A DNA stretch of 64,000 bases from Oscillospiraceae bacterium (GTDB lineage Bacteria > Bacillota > Clostridia > Oscillospirales > Oscillospiraceae), in assembly GCA_902783035.1 (NCBI GenBank), contig CACZPK010000019.1:4147-68146 (forward strand), given 5' to 3'. Shown here piece after piece: positions 1 to 9,430 of the stretch. A program made the position numbers and the translations under genes. The notes beneath the pieces were generated by a model that ran no database searches, was not told where the DNA came from, and saw only the letters and a program-made list of their open reading frames with translations. Position 1 is the first letter of the stretch. Each line of letters starts with the position of its first letter.

Positions 1-2
1 TG

Positions 3-1211
3 GACAGCGCCGTCAATTATGCGCTTTCCAAGGGCGTCACCGTCGTTGTGGCGGCAGGCAATGACGCGACCAACGCCGCCAACTTCTGCCCCGCACACAT
101 CGGCGGCGCGATCACGATTTCAGCGGTGGACAGCAACTACCAGCGCGCGTACTTCTCCAACTACGGCAGCGTGGTCGACCTCGCCGCGCCGGGCATGGAC
201 ATTACCAGCAGCATTCCCGGCGGCGGGTATGATTCATGGCAGGGCACATCCATGGCCGCGCCGCACGCTTCCGCCGCCGCCGCGCTGCTGCTCTGCGCCC
301 AGCCGAGCCTGTTGCCCGCAACGGTCGAAAAGCGGCTCAAAGCAGCGGCTTATAACCTTGGGAACAGCAACTATTACGGCGCGGGCTTTCTGGACTTGAC
401 ACCGTTCATCGGCGCGGATATCCCGACGGACACAACGCCGACACAGCCGGCCAATCCCACGCCGAGCGATCCGACGCCGGTGACGCCGGACGTTTACACG
501 ATCACCTTCGACCCCTGCGGCGGAACGGTCACACCGACGACCATGTCCGTCACGCCGGGTCAGTCCTTCGGCAGCCTGCCGACGCCGACGCGCAGCGGCT
601 ACACCTTTGCGGGCTGGTACTCGGCAAGCGGGCAGTATGTCCGGTACTTTGATATTCCCGGCGGGAGCCTGACGCTCTATGCGCATTGGACGGAGTCTGC
701 GCCGGTCAACCCGTCGCCCACCCCCGTGCCGACGCCGACGCCCACTCCAACGCCGGCACCCACGCCGGCGCCCAGTCCTGCGCCGACGCCTTCGCCGGCA
801 CCGGGCGGAAACGCCTGCGGTCCGAACCTGACATGGAGCATCAGCGGCTACACGCTTATCATCTCCGGTGCGGGCGCAATGTATGACTACGCAAGCGGCG
901 CGCAGACGCCCTGGGCCTCGTACCGGGGCAGCATCCGCGCGATACAGCTGCCGGGCGTACTGGACAGGATCGGCACGCATGCCTTTGAGGGCTGCGCCAT
1001 CACGTCACTGACGATCACGGGGATCGTCAACTACATCGGCGAGAGCGCATTCGCAAACTGCGCGTCGCTCTCGTCCGTTACGATCAACGGCATCGTCAAC
1101 GGCATCGGCGCGGGCGCTTTCTCCGGCTGCACGAGCCTGCGGGGCGTCAACGTGAACGGCATCGTCAACAACGTCGATTCCTCGGCGTTTCCAAGCGGCG
1201 CATGGCGATGA
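3..1211 (+). CDS. Subtilisin-like (S8) serine protease, C-terminal part, with InlB B-repeat, Pro/Thr linker and BspA-type LRR region (5' end outside window)
   Basis: Frame is open from base 3 (DSAVNYALSKGVTVVVAAGN, oxyanion Asn). Catalytic Ser motif GTSMAAPH; YTITFD..LPTPTRSGYTFAGWY B-repeat; CGPNLTW plus IGxxAFxxC repeats. Confidence 0.9.
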   Translation, partial: DSAVNYALSKGVTVVVAAGNDATNAANFCPAHIGGAITISAVDSNYQRAYFSNYGSVVDLAAPGMDITSSIPGGGYDSWQGTSMAAPHASAAAALLLCAQPSLLPATVEKRLKAAAYNLGNSNYYGAGFLDLTPFIGADIPTDTTPTQPANPTPSDPTPVTPDVYTITFDPCGGTVTPTTMSVTPGQSFGSLPTPTRSGYTFAGWYSASGQYVRYFDIPGGSLTLYAHWTESAPVNPSPTPVPTPTPTPTPAPTPAPSPAPTPSPAPGGNACGPNLTWSISGYTLIISGAGAMYDYASGAQTPWASYRGSIRAIQLPGVLDRIGTHAFEGCAITSLTITGIVNYIGESAFANCASLSSVTINGIVNGIGAGAFSGCTSLRGVNVNGIVNNVDSSAFPSGAWR

Positions 1212-1251
1212 ATACGGCTGCTGTCGCGCTTGTCGACAAGCAATAAAACGC

Positions 1252-1283
1252 AAAAGCACCGGGTTTCCGAACCCGGTGCTTTT
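1252..1283. terminator. Bidirectional intrinsic terminator
   Basis: AAAAGCACCGGGTT-tccg-AACCCGGTGCTTTT between convergent genes. Confidence 0.85.
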
Positions 1284-1393
1284 GACGTCCGGGCAGAAAA
1301 CGGTGTATGCCGCGTCCCGGATGTGATCGCTTTTTCACTTGTGCTTGCCGTCCGCCGGCTTTTTCGTCGGTCTCTTACGGCATCAGGGGGTAT

Positions 1394-2749
1394 TCATTCA
1401 TAGAATGCGCAGCCGCAGCGTCCGTTCTCCTTGACACGGTAGAGCGCAACGTCCGCGTCCTTATCGATGGTGCCCGTGCCGTTCGGTGAAATGCCGAACG
1501 CGCAGCCGGCGCTGATGGAAAGCGGCGGCTGGCCCGCCGGCGGGCTTTGCAGCTTTTCGTTGATTCTAGTGACTTTGCGTTCGATCTGTGTCTTGCGCTC
1601 CGCGTTGGTGTTTTTCATGATGACGGCAAACTCGTCGCCGCCGATCCGGCAGATATAATCCCCGCTGCGAAAGTTCTCCTGCAGTGCCGCCGCCACCCGT
1701 ACAAGCGCCTTGTCGCCGATCTTGTGCCCGTAGGTGTCGTTGACGCTTTTGAATTTATCCACGTCCACCAGCAGCAGCGCGGAGGACGGCACGTCGATGC
1801 TTTCGAGCAGATGGTCATATCCGCTGCGGTTGTAGACGCCCGTCAGCTTGTCATGCTCGGCCTCAAAGGTCAGCAGCTCGGTCTGTGCCTTGTTCTCACG
1901 GTACATCTGGTTATAGGTGTGGGCAAGGAAACGCAGCTCGTATGCCCCCTGGATCGGGAGCTGTTGCCCCTCGCGGATGTATAAAACGCCGGTCAGCAGC
2001 GGGCCGATTACCAGATGGGACGTAATCAGAATACGCAGCAGGACGATCCCGATGAGCACAAAGACCATGATTTGCAGATGTTCGATCAGAACCCGCAGCT
2101 CGTTTTCCCCCATCGCCTGTCTCTCATGCATCTCCTGCATCAGGTCGTCGAGGCAGCGGCGCATGTTTTCGGAGATGGCCTCCTTTTTCTCGCAATACAC
2201 CTCGTTGATCACCAGCAGGCGCGCCATATCCACCTGATTGCTCCGGGACATGTTCAGGTATTTCTCCGGCAGCTGCACATTGCGCACCGCCTCCGGAAAT
2301 TCCGAGAGCTGCAGCCCATAAGCCAGGATCGTCAGGCGCATGGAAAGGTATTCCGACTCCATCAGCTCAACAGAACCCTCCATGGCATCCTTCAGGCTCT
2401 CGTATGCGTCCGCGACCTCTGCGTGGTCTTGCAGCCGCTCCAGCGCATGCTCGCGGCGCTGGACGACCTCCGCTTCCCGAAAATAGTTGTCCAGGTAGTC
2501 CCGTTTTCCCGTCATGGCAAAGATCCTTGCCTGCTCGGTCAGGTAATCCGACGCGGCCTGCAATTCGCTCGCGCTGTCCTTCAGATCATCATAGGTCTGC
2601 GTCAGCTCACGCAGCTCGTTGTAATCGGCTGCCAGTCGATGCACGGCAAATAAGAAAAAGAGTGAGATCAGCAGCGAAACCGCCGCCATAATATAGTTGA
2701 TCTTGCGGAGAGATACTCCCTGGTTCGCCTTTTGGGAAAGCATATTCAT
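1394..2749 (-). CDS. Membrane-bound diguanylate cyclase (GGDEF)
   Basis: Two TM segments around a helical sensor; DKLTGVYNR, DVDKFKSVNDTYGH, RIGGDEF; RxxD (RSGD) I-site; GAGG before ATG 2749. Confidence 0.9.
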   Translation of the reverse strand: MNMLSQKANQGVSLRKINYIMAAVSLLISLFFLFAVHRLAADYNELRELTQTYDDLKDSASELQAASDYLTEQARIFAMTGKRDYLDNYFREAEVVQRREHALERLQDHAEVADAYESLKDAMEGSVELMESEYLSMRLTILAYGLQLSEFPEAVRNVQLPEKYLNMSRSNQVDMARLLVINEVYCEKKEAISENMRRCLDDLMQEMHERQAMGENELRVLIEHLQIMVFVLIGIVLLRILITSHLVIGPLLTGVLYIREGQQLPIQGAYELRFLAHTYNQMYRENKAQTELLTFEAEHDKLTGVYNRSGYDHLLESIDVPSSALLLVDVDKFKSVNDTYGHKIGDKALVRVAAALQENFRSGDYICRIGGDEFAVIMKNTNAERKTQIERKVTRINEKLQSPPAGQPPLSISAGCAFGISPNGTGTIDKDADVALYRVKENGRCGCAFYE

Positions 2750-2817
2750 TGGAACGCCTCGTTTGTGCAGCAAGATGCCGTCCTGATCAAGACGGCATCC
2801 GATAATGTAGTTATAAT

Positions 2818-2846
2818 ATTATAGTATCACATATTCCCGGTGTCAA
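2818..2846 (-). promoter_or_regulatory. Consensus sigma-A promoter of the GGDEF gene
   Basis: Minus strand TTGACA-17 nt-TATAAT, perfect consensus. Confidence 0.8.
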
Positions 2847-2896
2847 TCCCTGCCGGCAAGTGCCAAAATTGCAACGTTTCCGCCCCAGTTATGCAA

Positions 2897-2911
2897 TGTG
2901 ATTTTGTCACA
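2897..2911. promoter_or_regulatory. Crp/Fnr-type palindromic operator upstream of the trxA operon
   Basis: TGTGA-TTTTG-TCACA about 20 nt upstream of a TATACT -10; a Crp/Fnr gene lies at the end of the operon. Confidence 0.6.
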
Positions 2912-2969
2912 GACAAAGTATGCAAGACGCGCTATACTGCGATCAATCAATTTGAAGGAGGCAACAAAT

Positions 2970-3281
2970 ATGCCGGTTAACGTGATTACCAAAGAAAACT
3001 TTCAATCTCAGGTGGCGGAGAGCGAAAAGCCCGTCCTGCTGGACTTCTGGGCAAGCTGGTGCGGCCCGTGCCGTATGCTCAGCCCCGTGGTGGACGAGAT
3101 CGCGCAGGAGCGCGGCGACATCATGGTCGGCAAGGTCAACGTGGACGAGCAGCCTGAGCTTGCGCGCTCGTTCGGGATCATGAGCATTCCCACGCTGGTC
3201 GCCATCCGCGACGGCAAGGTGGTCAATCAATCTGTGGGCGTGCGTCCGAAGGCGGACATTCTCGCGCTGGTGAACGCGTAA
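2970..3281 (+). CDS. trxA: Thioredoxin
   Basis: DFWASWCGPC active site, 103 aa, AAGGAGG RBS. Confidence 0.95.
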   Translation: MPVNVITKENFQSQVAESEKPVLLDFWASWCGPCRMLSPVVDEIAQERGDIMVGKVNVDEQPELARSFGIMSIPTLVAIRDGKVVNQSVGVRPKADILALVNA

Positions 3282-3487
3282 TGGCGTCGAAACGATATGC
3301 AAGCCCCGACCGGGAGCGCTGCGTTTCCTGCGGCGCGTGCGTGCGGGAGTGCCCCCGCACGGCGATCCAAATCTGGCGCGGATGTTGGGCGGTGATCGAC
3401 CGTGAGCTGTGTGTTGGCTGCGGGCGGTGTGCCAAAGCCTGCCCCGCGGACTGCATTGCGCTGCGGGAGAGGGAGGCAACGGAATGA
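3281..3487 (+). CDS. 2[4Fe-4S] ferredoxin-like protein
   Basis: Two CxxCxxCxxxCP motifs; start overlaps trxA stop. Confidence 0.9.
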   Translation: MASKRYASPDRERCVSCGACVRECPRTAIQIWRGCWAVIDRELCVGCGRCAKACPADCIALREREATE

Positions 3488-4077
3488 GACAGAAAAGGTG
3501 GTATGATTACCTATGGATCTGGTCGATTCTCTACTTTGCCCTCGGCTTTTTCAATATCCTGTTTGCATGGCTGGGAATGATCGACTTCTTGCTGCCGCTC
3601 GGCATCGCCATCTTCGGCGGAAACAAGTGGTTCTGCAACAACTTCTGCGGACGGGGCCAGCTCTTTTCCCTGTTGGGCAACCAATGTCACTGCTCGCGGC
3701 AAAAACCCGCGCCGCGCTGGATCGCCTCAAAGTGGTTCCGCTATGGGTTTCTGGCTTTCTTCCTGACCATGTTCGGGAGCATGACCTATCAAACGTGGCG
3801 GGTATTCGGCGGCGCATCCTCGCTGCGGCAGGTCGTAAAGCTCTTCTGGACGTTCCGCGTACCGTGGATCTGGGCGTACACCGCAGGCAGCGCGCCGGAC
3901 TGGGTCGCACAGTTCAGCTTCGGGTTCTACAGCCTGATGCTGACCTCCACGCTCATCGGGCTCATCGTCATGGTACTCTACCGTCCGCGCACCTGGTGCA
4001 GCTTCTGTCCGATGGGCAGCATGACACAGCTGATCTGCAAGGGCAAGGCAAGCGGTGCGGAACCCCCTGCCGCGTAA
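3484..4077 (+). CDS. Membrane 4Fe-4S-binding protein (NapH/NosR-like CxxxCP family)
   Basis: Hydrophobic helices with WFCNNFCGRG and WCSFCPMG; ATGA overlap and GGAGG RBS. Confidence 0.8.
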   Translation: MRQKRWYDYLWIWSILYFALGFFNILFAWLGMIDFLLPLGIAIFGGNKWFCNNFCGRGQLFSLLGNQCHCSRQKPAPRWIASKWFRYGFLAFFLTMFGSMTYQTWRVFGGASSLRQVVKLFWTFRVPWIWAYTAGSAPDWVAQFSFGFYSLMLTSTLIGLIVMVLYRPRTWCSFCPMGSMTQLICKGKASGAEPPAA

Positions 4078-4121
4078 TGCGAGGCCGCGGCCGGATACAG
4101 CATGTTCAAGCCAAAAACAAA

Positions 4122-4153
4122 GGACGTTTCCCGTGTCTGCACGGGAAACGTCC
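4122..4153. terminator. Stem-loop terminator between convergent genes
   Basis: GGACGTTTCCCGTG-tctg-CACGGGAAACGTCC. Confidence 0.75.
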
Positions 4154-4160
4154 GCTTCTT

Positions 4161-4835
4161 TCATGTATCGCCCACGGCCTCCAGCCCCGCCCGGTCCGTC
4201 AGCTCAATGCTGCCGCGTCCGAGGCGGACGAGGCCCTCGCTTTGCAAATAGTGAAGCATGCGGGTAACCACCTCGCGGGCTGTGCCTAAGTGGCTGCCGA
4301 TCTCCTCATGTGTGATATGCAGCTCTTCCGTTCCCTCCAGATTCGCCTCTTCGACCAGAAAGGCCGCAAGGCGTCTGTCCATGCTCTGCCACAGCACCTG
4401 CTCCAGCAGCCACATGACCTCGGAGAACCGGCTCGCCATAAGCCGGTTTGTCTCTGTGGAAAGCGGTCCGGACGCCTCGGCGACGCGCTGGTACACATCG
4501 GCGGGAATGATCCAGAAGCTGCTGTCCTCCTCCGCGCGGATCGCGATGTCGATCTGGAGCGCGTGAAACGCGCAGGACGCGGAAAACAGGCACACGTCGC
4601 GCTGCAACAGCCGGTACAGGGTGATCTCACGCCCGTCCGGCGAGGCGCTGTAGGCGCGCAGGCGTCCGGAGCAAACCAGCAGCAGCCCGGTGCACTCCGA
4701 CGAGCCCCCGTGTACCATCTCCCCCGCCGTCACACTGCGCAGCTGCGCGGCGGAGCACAGGCTCTGCTGTTGCGCCGCCGTCAGCTTGTTCCAAGACGAG
4801 AAAAACGCCGCGATCTCCATGCGCTTATCTGCCAT
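4161..4835 (-). CDS. Crp/Fnr family transcriptional regulator
   Basis: cNMP-like N-terminal domain; HTH THEEIGSHLGTAREVVTRML. Confidence 0.9.
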   Translation of the reverse strand: MADKRMEIAAFFSSWNKLTAAQQQSLCSAAQLRSVTAGEMVHGGSSECTGLLLVCSGRLRAYSASPDGREITLYRLLQRDVCLFSASCAFHALQIDIAIRAEEDSSFWIIPADVYQRVAEASGPLSTETNRLMASRFSEVMWLLEQVLWQSMDRRLAAFLVEEANLEGTEELHITHEEIGSHLGTAREVVTRMLHYLQSEGLVRLGRGSIELTDRAGLEAVGDT

Positions 4836-5304
4836 ACGTGCTCATCGCACGGTAAGAATCCAGATAGCGGCGCATCCTGTCGTTGATCCAGGCGCTCTCC
4901 GCCTCGCGGCGCTCTTTTTCCGCTTTTTCCGCCATCTCGGTAATCGCCTTGCAGGCGCCCATGTAGTCCTCCGTGATTCTGCGGATACGCTGCCCCATCT
5001 GCTGCATGATCATGACGACCTTTGCGGGGCGCTCGCGGAAATAGTCCCCCAGCGTCTGCCAGGTGACAACCTGCAATGCAACCGTGGCGCTCGCAACGAC
5101 CGCCGTTGCGCTGCGGGGCATTGCCTCAATCATTGCCATTTCGCCGAAAAACTGCCCCTCTCCCAACACCGTAAGCAGCTTTTGATCCGGTTCGCCATAG
5201 TCCGCGTAAATGTTGACTCGTCCGGACAGGATCTCATACATGCACTCCGCCGCATCGCCCGCGTGAAAAATCACCGCATCCTGTTGATACTGTTTCGTCT
5301 CCAT
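4825..5304 (-). CDS. Stand-alone cyclic-nucleotide-binding domain protein with C-terminal helical tail
   Basis: IFHAGD..MYEILSGRV..FFGEMAM..PRSATA cassette; GGAGG RBS. Confidence 0.85.
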   Translation of the reverse strand: METKQYQQDAVIFHAGDAAECMYEILSGRVNIYADYGEPDQKLLTVLGEGQFFGEMAMIEAMPRSATAVVASATVALQVVTWQTLGDYFRERPAKVVMIMQQMGQRIRRITEDYMGACKAITEMAEKAEKERREAESAWINDRMRRYLDSYRAMSTYGR

Positions 5305-5403
5305 AAGAGCCTCCCTGCCTGTATTTTCTTCCGGTTTCCCGCCCCGCGGCAGGCCGCCGTATATCAGGAATGCCGCAGCGCAGGCCGCGGCATATCCATA
5401 TGG

Positions 5404-6261
5404 TTATGAAATCGAATGCGCAGCGGCCGCAACGTGCGTTTGCGCGCCGTCTCCCGCGCTGCCGAGGCACATGCCCTGCCGCACACGGTATTCGCGTCCG
5501 CTCGACAGATGCTGCACGATTTGACGATCCAGCGCGATCCTGCCCCGCTGGAAGAACAAGACGATGGTCGAACCGGCGAGTTCAAAATGTCCCATCTCTT
5601 CGCCTTTGCGGAACGGCGCGTTCTCGCGTTCATTGACGATACCGCCGACCACCAGCGCGCCGACCTCCGTCTGCACCACGGGGCCAAAGCGCTCGGTCTC
5701 CAACAGCGTCCAGCAGCGCCGGTTGAGCGTATAGACCGGATAGCGCTCGCAGGCAGCGGACTGTACGCTGTGCAGCTCGCCCTCGATGTAGTGGTTCTCC
5801 CCCTGTACGCCGTTGTCTATGTAGCAGTAGTGATGATAGTCCGAGGGTGTCAGGCGGATGACGAGACAGTCCCCGCCGTGAAATGTCTTCGCGAGCGCCT
5901 CGTCGCGCAGCAGATCACCGAGCCGATAGCGTTTGCCCTTGATCCGGAAGCTGCTGTCCTCATGGATCGGGTAGGCACTCAGCCAGCCGTCACAGGGGCT
6001 GATGAGCGCCTCCGGCGCAATATCCATCTCCGCTTCCTGCCGCGTACGGACAAAGAACTCCCGAAAACTCCCGTAACGGTGTCCGCGCTCCAGCACCACG
6101 CCGTTGCGCCGCGCATACCAGCGGATCACCGGCCGCGACGCCCCCGAACACAGGTAACGCACGGCAATGCGGTCGGCATGGGTGCGCATAACCCCCTTGA
6201 GCAGTGCACGTCCCATCCGGGTGCCATAGAAAAAGCGGACGGCTTTGGTATTTTCCTTCAT
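5404..6261 (-). CDS. psd: Phosphatidylserine decarboxylase
   Basis: SPCDG, RLTPSDYHHY and ELAGSTIVL autocleavage motif; ATGA-coupled to pssA. Confidence 0.9.
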   Translation of the reverse strand: MKENTKAVRFFYGTRMGRALLKGVMRTHADRIAVRYLCSGASRPVIRWYARRNGVVLERGHRYGSFREFFVRTRQEAEMDIAPEALISPCDGWLSAYPIHEDSSFRIKGKRYRLGDLLRDEALAKTFHGGDCLVIRLTPSDYHHYCYIDNGVQGENHYIEGELHSVQSAACERYPVYTLNRRCWTLLETERFGPVVQTEVGALVVGGIVNERENAPFRKGEEMGHFELAGSTIVLFFQRGRIALDRQIVQHLSSGREYRVRQGMCLGSAGDGAQTHVAAAAHSIS

Positions 6262-6878
6262 ATGACCGACCTCGTAATGAGCAGTGCAAACTCCGCCGCG
6301 CCGCACAGCAGCATCGCCGCTTTGCCCGGAAACTGCGGCTTGCGGAGTTTAAACGGCGTCAGGAATGCCGCCGACATCACCAGAAGCTCCAGCGGTGCGA
6401 GCTTGCCGACCGGCCAGCCCAGCGGCGCGCCCAGCTCCATCAGCGCGGGCAGCAGCAGTGCGGACGTCGTAACGGGCAAGCCCAGATAAACGGTACGTGA
6501 GCCGGTCTCACGATCCTGCCGCTCCTCCTCGTCCACATTGAACCACGCGAGCCGGATCAGGGCGCACAGCAGGTACAGCCCGGACAGATACAGCCCCGTC
6601 CGGCTCCGTTCCGCCGCCGTATAAGCAATCACGGCAGGCAGCACGCCGAAGCAGATGAGGTCGCTGAGCGAATCAATCTGCACGCCGAAACGTTTTTCCT
6701 TTGCCGTGCGCTCCTTGGTGGAGGCGACCGCGCCGTCGAACATATCGCAAACGCCGGCGATCATCAGACACAGCAACGCCGTATGCAGGTCGCCGTCCAT
6801 CGCGTATGTAACGCCGGTGAATCCCACCAGCATGCCCAGATACGTCAGAATCACGGTATAGTTATAAACGCCAAGCAT
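6258..6878 (-). CDS. pssA: CDP-diacylglycerol--serine O-phosphatidyltransferase
   Basis: CDP-alcohol motif DMFDGAVA..GVQIDSLSD; adjacent to psd. Confidence 0.85.
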   Translation of the reverse strand: MLGVYNYTVILTYLGMLVGFTGVTYAMDGDLHTALLCLMIAGVCDMFDGAVASTKERTAKEKRFGVQIDSLSDLICFGVLPAVIAYTAAERSRTGLYLSGLYLLCALIRLAWFNVDEEERQDRETGSRTVYLGLPVTTSALLLPALMELGAPLGWPVGKLAPLELLVMSAAFLTPFKLRKPQFPGKAAMLLCGAAEFALLITRSVI

Positions 6879-7180
6879 AAAAAACCTCCTTACGGAATAT
6901 GTGCGAAACCCACACAGCCGAATAAAATGTCAGGATGGCGGCAGCGCGCGGCCCTTTGTCCCGCCGGTCAAAAACCGGGCAGGAACACAACATGCGCGCC
7001 GTTGCGTCCTCGTCTGGACATTAAAACCCAGTATAATAGGATTAGAATACCTCATAACCCAAGCCTCTGTCAATGGAAATCGCAAAAAAACCTGCCAAAA
7101 ACATTTCCCGGCCTTGCAGGCAGGCAAAACAGACCAAGCCCCGCCGCGCCGTCAGACCGCCGGTAGAATGGGCGAATATC

Positions 7181-7209
7181 TTGACATGAGGCGTGAAATC
7201 CGTTAAAAT
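7181..7209 (+). promoter_or_regulatory. Sigma-A promoter
   Basis: TTGACA-17 nt-TAAAAT. Confidence 0.7.
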
Positions 7210-7261
7210 AAAATCTGTATATTGATATCGTGTGCGATGCGGGACAAGGAGTGGATCGTCC

Positions 7262-7831
7262 ATGACGCAATTTTCTATCAAACCGCCCGATATGAGCCGT
7301 AATATGGCACTGGCGGGAAAAACCGTTTCAACAAGAGGGCGAAACATCACCTATGACGAGCAGGGCTATGCCGTCAGCGCCACCAACTACAGCAGCCGCA
7401 TATACGCCGGAACGGAAAAAAGCATCCGCGCTCCCAGCGTTGACGCAGTGCTCGCCGGTGCGGAGCGCGACAGCCTCGGCGGTTCGGTCTATGACCGGCA
7501 GCATTTTTCCGACCGCGAGCTGGCACATGCGGCAGAGCTGCGCGAACAGGCCGCAAGCGGTCAGCTGAGCGCAGAAGAGGCCGACCGTTGCATCGAGGAC
7601 ATCCGCGAAATGTACGGTTACTCGGGCGGCGCCAGCGGCACGGAATATCTTGCGCTGGGACACGGCAGGACTTTTCACGTGCAGGAACAGGAAACGCCGG
7701 ACTATCAAAAAGAGCTGCAACAGCGGCAGGAGCAGCAGTTTCTGCTGGGCGGGCTGCGTGTATCCGACGGGCGCGACGCGGCGCTCGGCCTGCTGGAAGA
7801 ATTGGATGACAAGAAAGAGGATGCAACATGA
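7262..7831 (+). CDS. Hypothetical protein, 189 aa
   Basis: Promoter and AAGGAG RBS upstream; ATGA overlap with the downstream response regulator. Confidence 0.7.
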   Translation: MTQFSIKPPDMSRNMALAGKTVSTRGRNITYDEQGYAVSATNYSSRIYAGTEKSIRAPSVDAVLAGAERDSLGGSVYDRQHFSDRELAHAAELREQAASGQLSAEEADRCIEDIREMYGYSGGASGTEYLALGHGRTFHVQEQETPDYQKELQQRQEQQFLLGGLRVSDGRDAALGLLEELDDKKEDAT

Positions 7832-8574
7832 CGGGTAAAATTCTGCTCATCAACGACGCATCGTCCCTGACGGTTGACGCGGTGATCTCCGGCCTGCAGG
7901 CGCGGGGGCTTACGGCCGTTTGCGCGCAGGACATGGCCGCATTGGATCGGGAGGCGGACGACACAGATGTGTTTCTGCTCTCCGTCGGGGACTTTTTGTT
8001 CCGCGCGCCGGAAATCCTGGATCGTATGAAGGAGTTGTGTCTCAGCGGGAAACGCATGTTGTGCACGGTGGGCTACCGTGAGGAGCTGGCCGTCGTTGAG
8101 ACGGTGGTGCCGAAGGCCCTGATCGAGCGCAGTTTTATCCGCCCGTTGGAGGCTCCGCAGCTTGTGGACGCGCTTGCCTCCCTTGCCGCCACGAACCGCG
8201 AACGCAATGAGCGCAAGAGCATTTTGCTGGTGGACGACGATGTGACGTTCCTGCAAATGATGCGCAACTGGCTCTCCGGGCAGTATCGCGTCAACGTGGT
8301 GAAGTCGGGCGCGCAGGCGCTGGAGTATGTTGCCGCGCGTACGCCCGATCTGGTCCTGTTGGACTACGACATGCCCGACATGTCCGGGCCGCAGGTATTG
8401 GAGGCATTCCGCAACGTTCCCGCCACCGCCCAGTTGCCCGTATATTTTCTCACGGGGAAGTGCGATGAACGGAGCGCGGAGAGCGCCGCCAGGCTGGAGC
8501 CGAACGGCTATCTGCTCAAGGCCATGGGCAAGGAACATGTGCTCAGCGCCGTCGAGCAGTTCTTCCGCACATAA
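7828..8574 (+). CDS. Response regulator: degenerate N-terminal receiver plus C-terminal receiver, no DNA-binding domain
   Basis: ILLVDDD..PDLVLLDYDMP..FLTG..YLLK. Confidence 0.85.
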   Translation: MTGKILLINDASSLTVDAVISGLQARGLTAVCAQDMAALDREADDTDVFLLSVGDFLFRAPEILDRMKELCLSGKRMLCTVGYREELAVVETVVPKALIERSFIRPLEAPQLVDALASLAATNRERNERKSILLVDDDVTFLQMMRNWLSGQYRVNVVKSGAQALEYVAARTPDLVLLDYDMPDMSGPQVLEAFRNVPATAQLPVYFLTGKCDERSAESAARLEPNGYLLKAMGKEHVLSAVEQFFRT

Positions 8575-8594
8575 CGAACCTCAAAACCGTATAG

Positions 8595-8629
8595 AAAAGC
8601 AGCCGGCCCGCTGGGTCGGCTGCTTTTTT
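8595..8629. terminator. Bidirectional terminator
   Basis: AAAAGCAGCCGGCCC-gct-GGGTCGGCTGCTTTT. Confidence 0.85.
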
Positions 8630-8636
8630 GCGCCTG

Positions 8637-9383
8637 TCAGAAGAAGAAACGGTCCACGGAATTGAGGATCTCCTCACGCCCCAGCGACTTAAGCAGATAG
8701 CCTTCAGGATTGAGGCGCATGACATTCATCACGCTCTCACGATCCGACTTCGCAGTGAGGAAGATGACCGGAATACCGGACGAATTCGGCTCGCTGCGGA
8801 TCATCTCCAGGATCTGCGGGCCGGGTGTGATCGGCATGTCGTAGTCCAGCAGGATCAGGTCGGGCGTATGCGCGCCGATGTAGGTGATCGCCTGCATACC
8901 GGACTTGACAACGGTGACACGGTAGCGGGAAGAGAGCCATTTTTGCATCATTTGCAGGAACGTCACATCGTCGTCAACCAGCAGGATATGGCGTTTTTTG
9001 CTCTTGCTCTTGTTCTCGTTGACCAGCTGCTGGAGCGCCTTGGAAAGCAGCTTGACGTCAATGGGGCGCTCAAACGACTTCTCGATCAGGCTCTTGGGGA
9101 TAACCTCTTCGATCTCCGAAATCTCCTTGCTGTAGCCCACGACGCACAAGAGCTTTTCCTCCCCGAAGCACACATCCTTCAGGTAGACCAGTACATCGGG
9201 CGACTCGTAGATAAAGTCGCCGGCAAAAAGCAGAAACACATCCGCTTTGTCCCGCGCGCGCCCAATACACTCCACCGTCGGCTCCGCCTGGATGATCTCA
9301 ATTTTTTCCGCCTTGAGATTTGCCGCCAGCGCATCGGTCAAAAGCGCGGTTCTGTTATTGATCAGCAAAACCTTATCCACCAT
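8637..9383 (-). CDS. Response regulator, paralog of 7828..8574
   Basis: ILLVDDD..PDLILLDYDMP..FLTA..YLLK; AAGGGAG RBS; same 248-aa length. Confidence 0.88.
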   Translation of the reverse strand: MVDKVLLINNRTALLTDALAANLKAEKIEIIQAEPTVECIGRARDKADVFLLFAGDFIYESPDVLVYLKDVCFGEEKLLCVVGYSKEISEIEEVIPKSLIEKSFERPIDVKLLSKALQQLVNENKSKSKKRHILLVDDDVTFLQMMQKWLSSRYRVTVVKSGMQAITYIGAHTPDLILLDYDMPITPGPQILEMIRSEPNSSGIPVIFLTAKSDRESVMNVMRLNPEGYLLKSLGREEILNSVDRFFF

Positions 9384-9430
9384 TTTGCATGCTCCCTTCG
9401 TGTTGCAAGCGCCGCCAAAAATGAGGAAAG

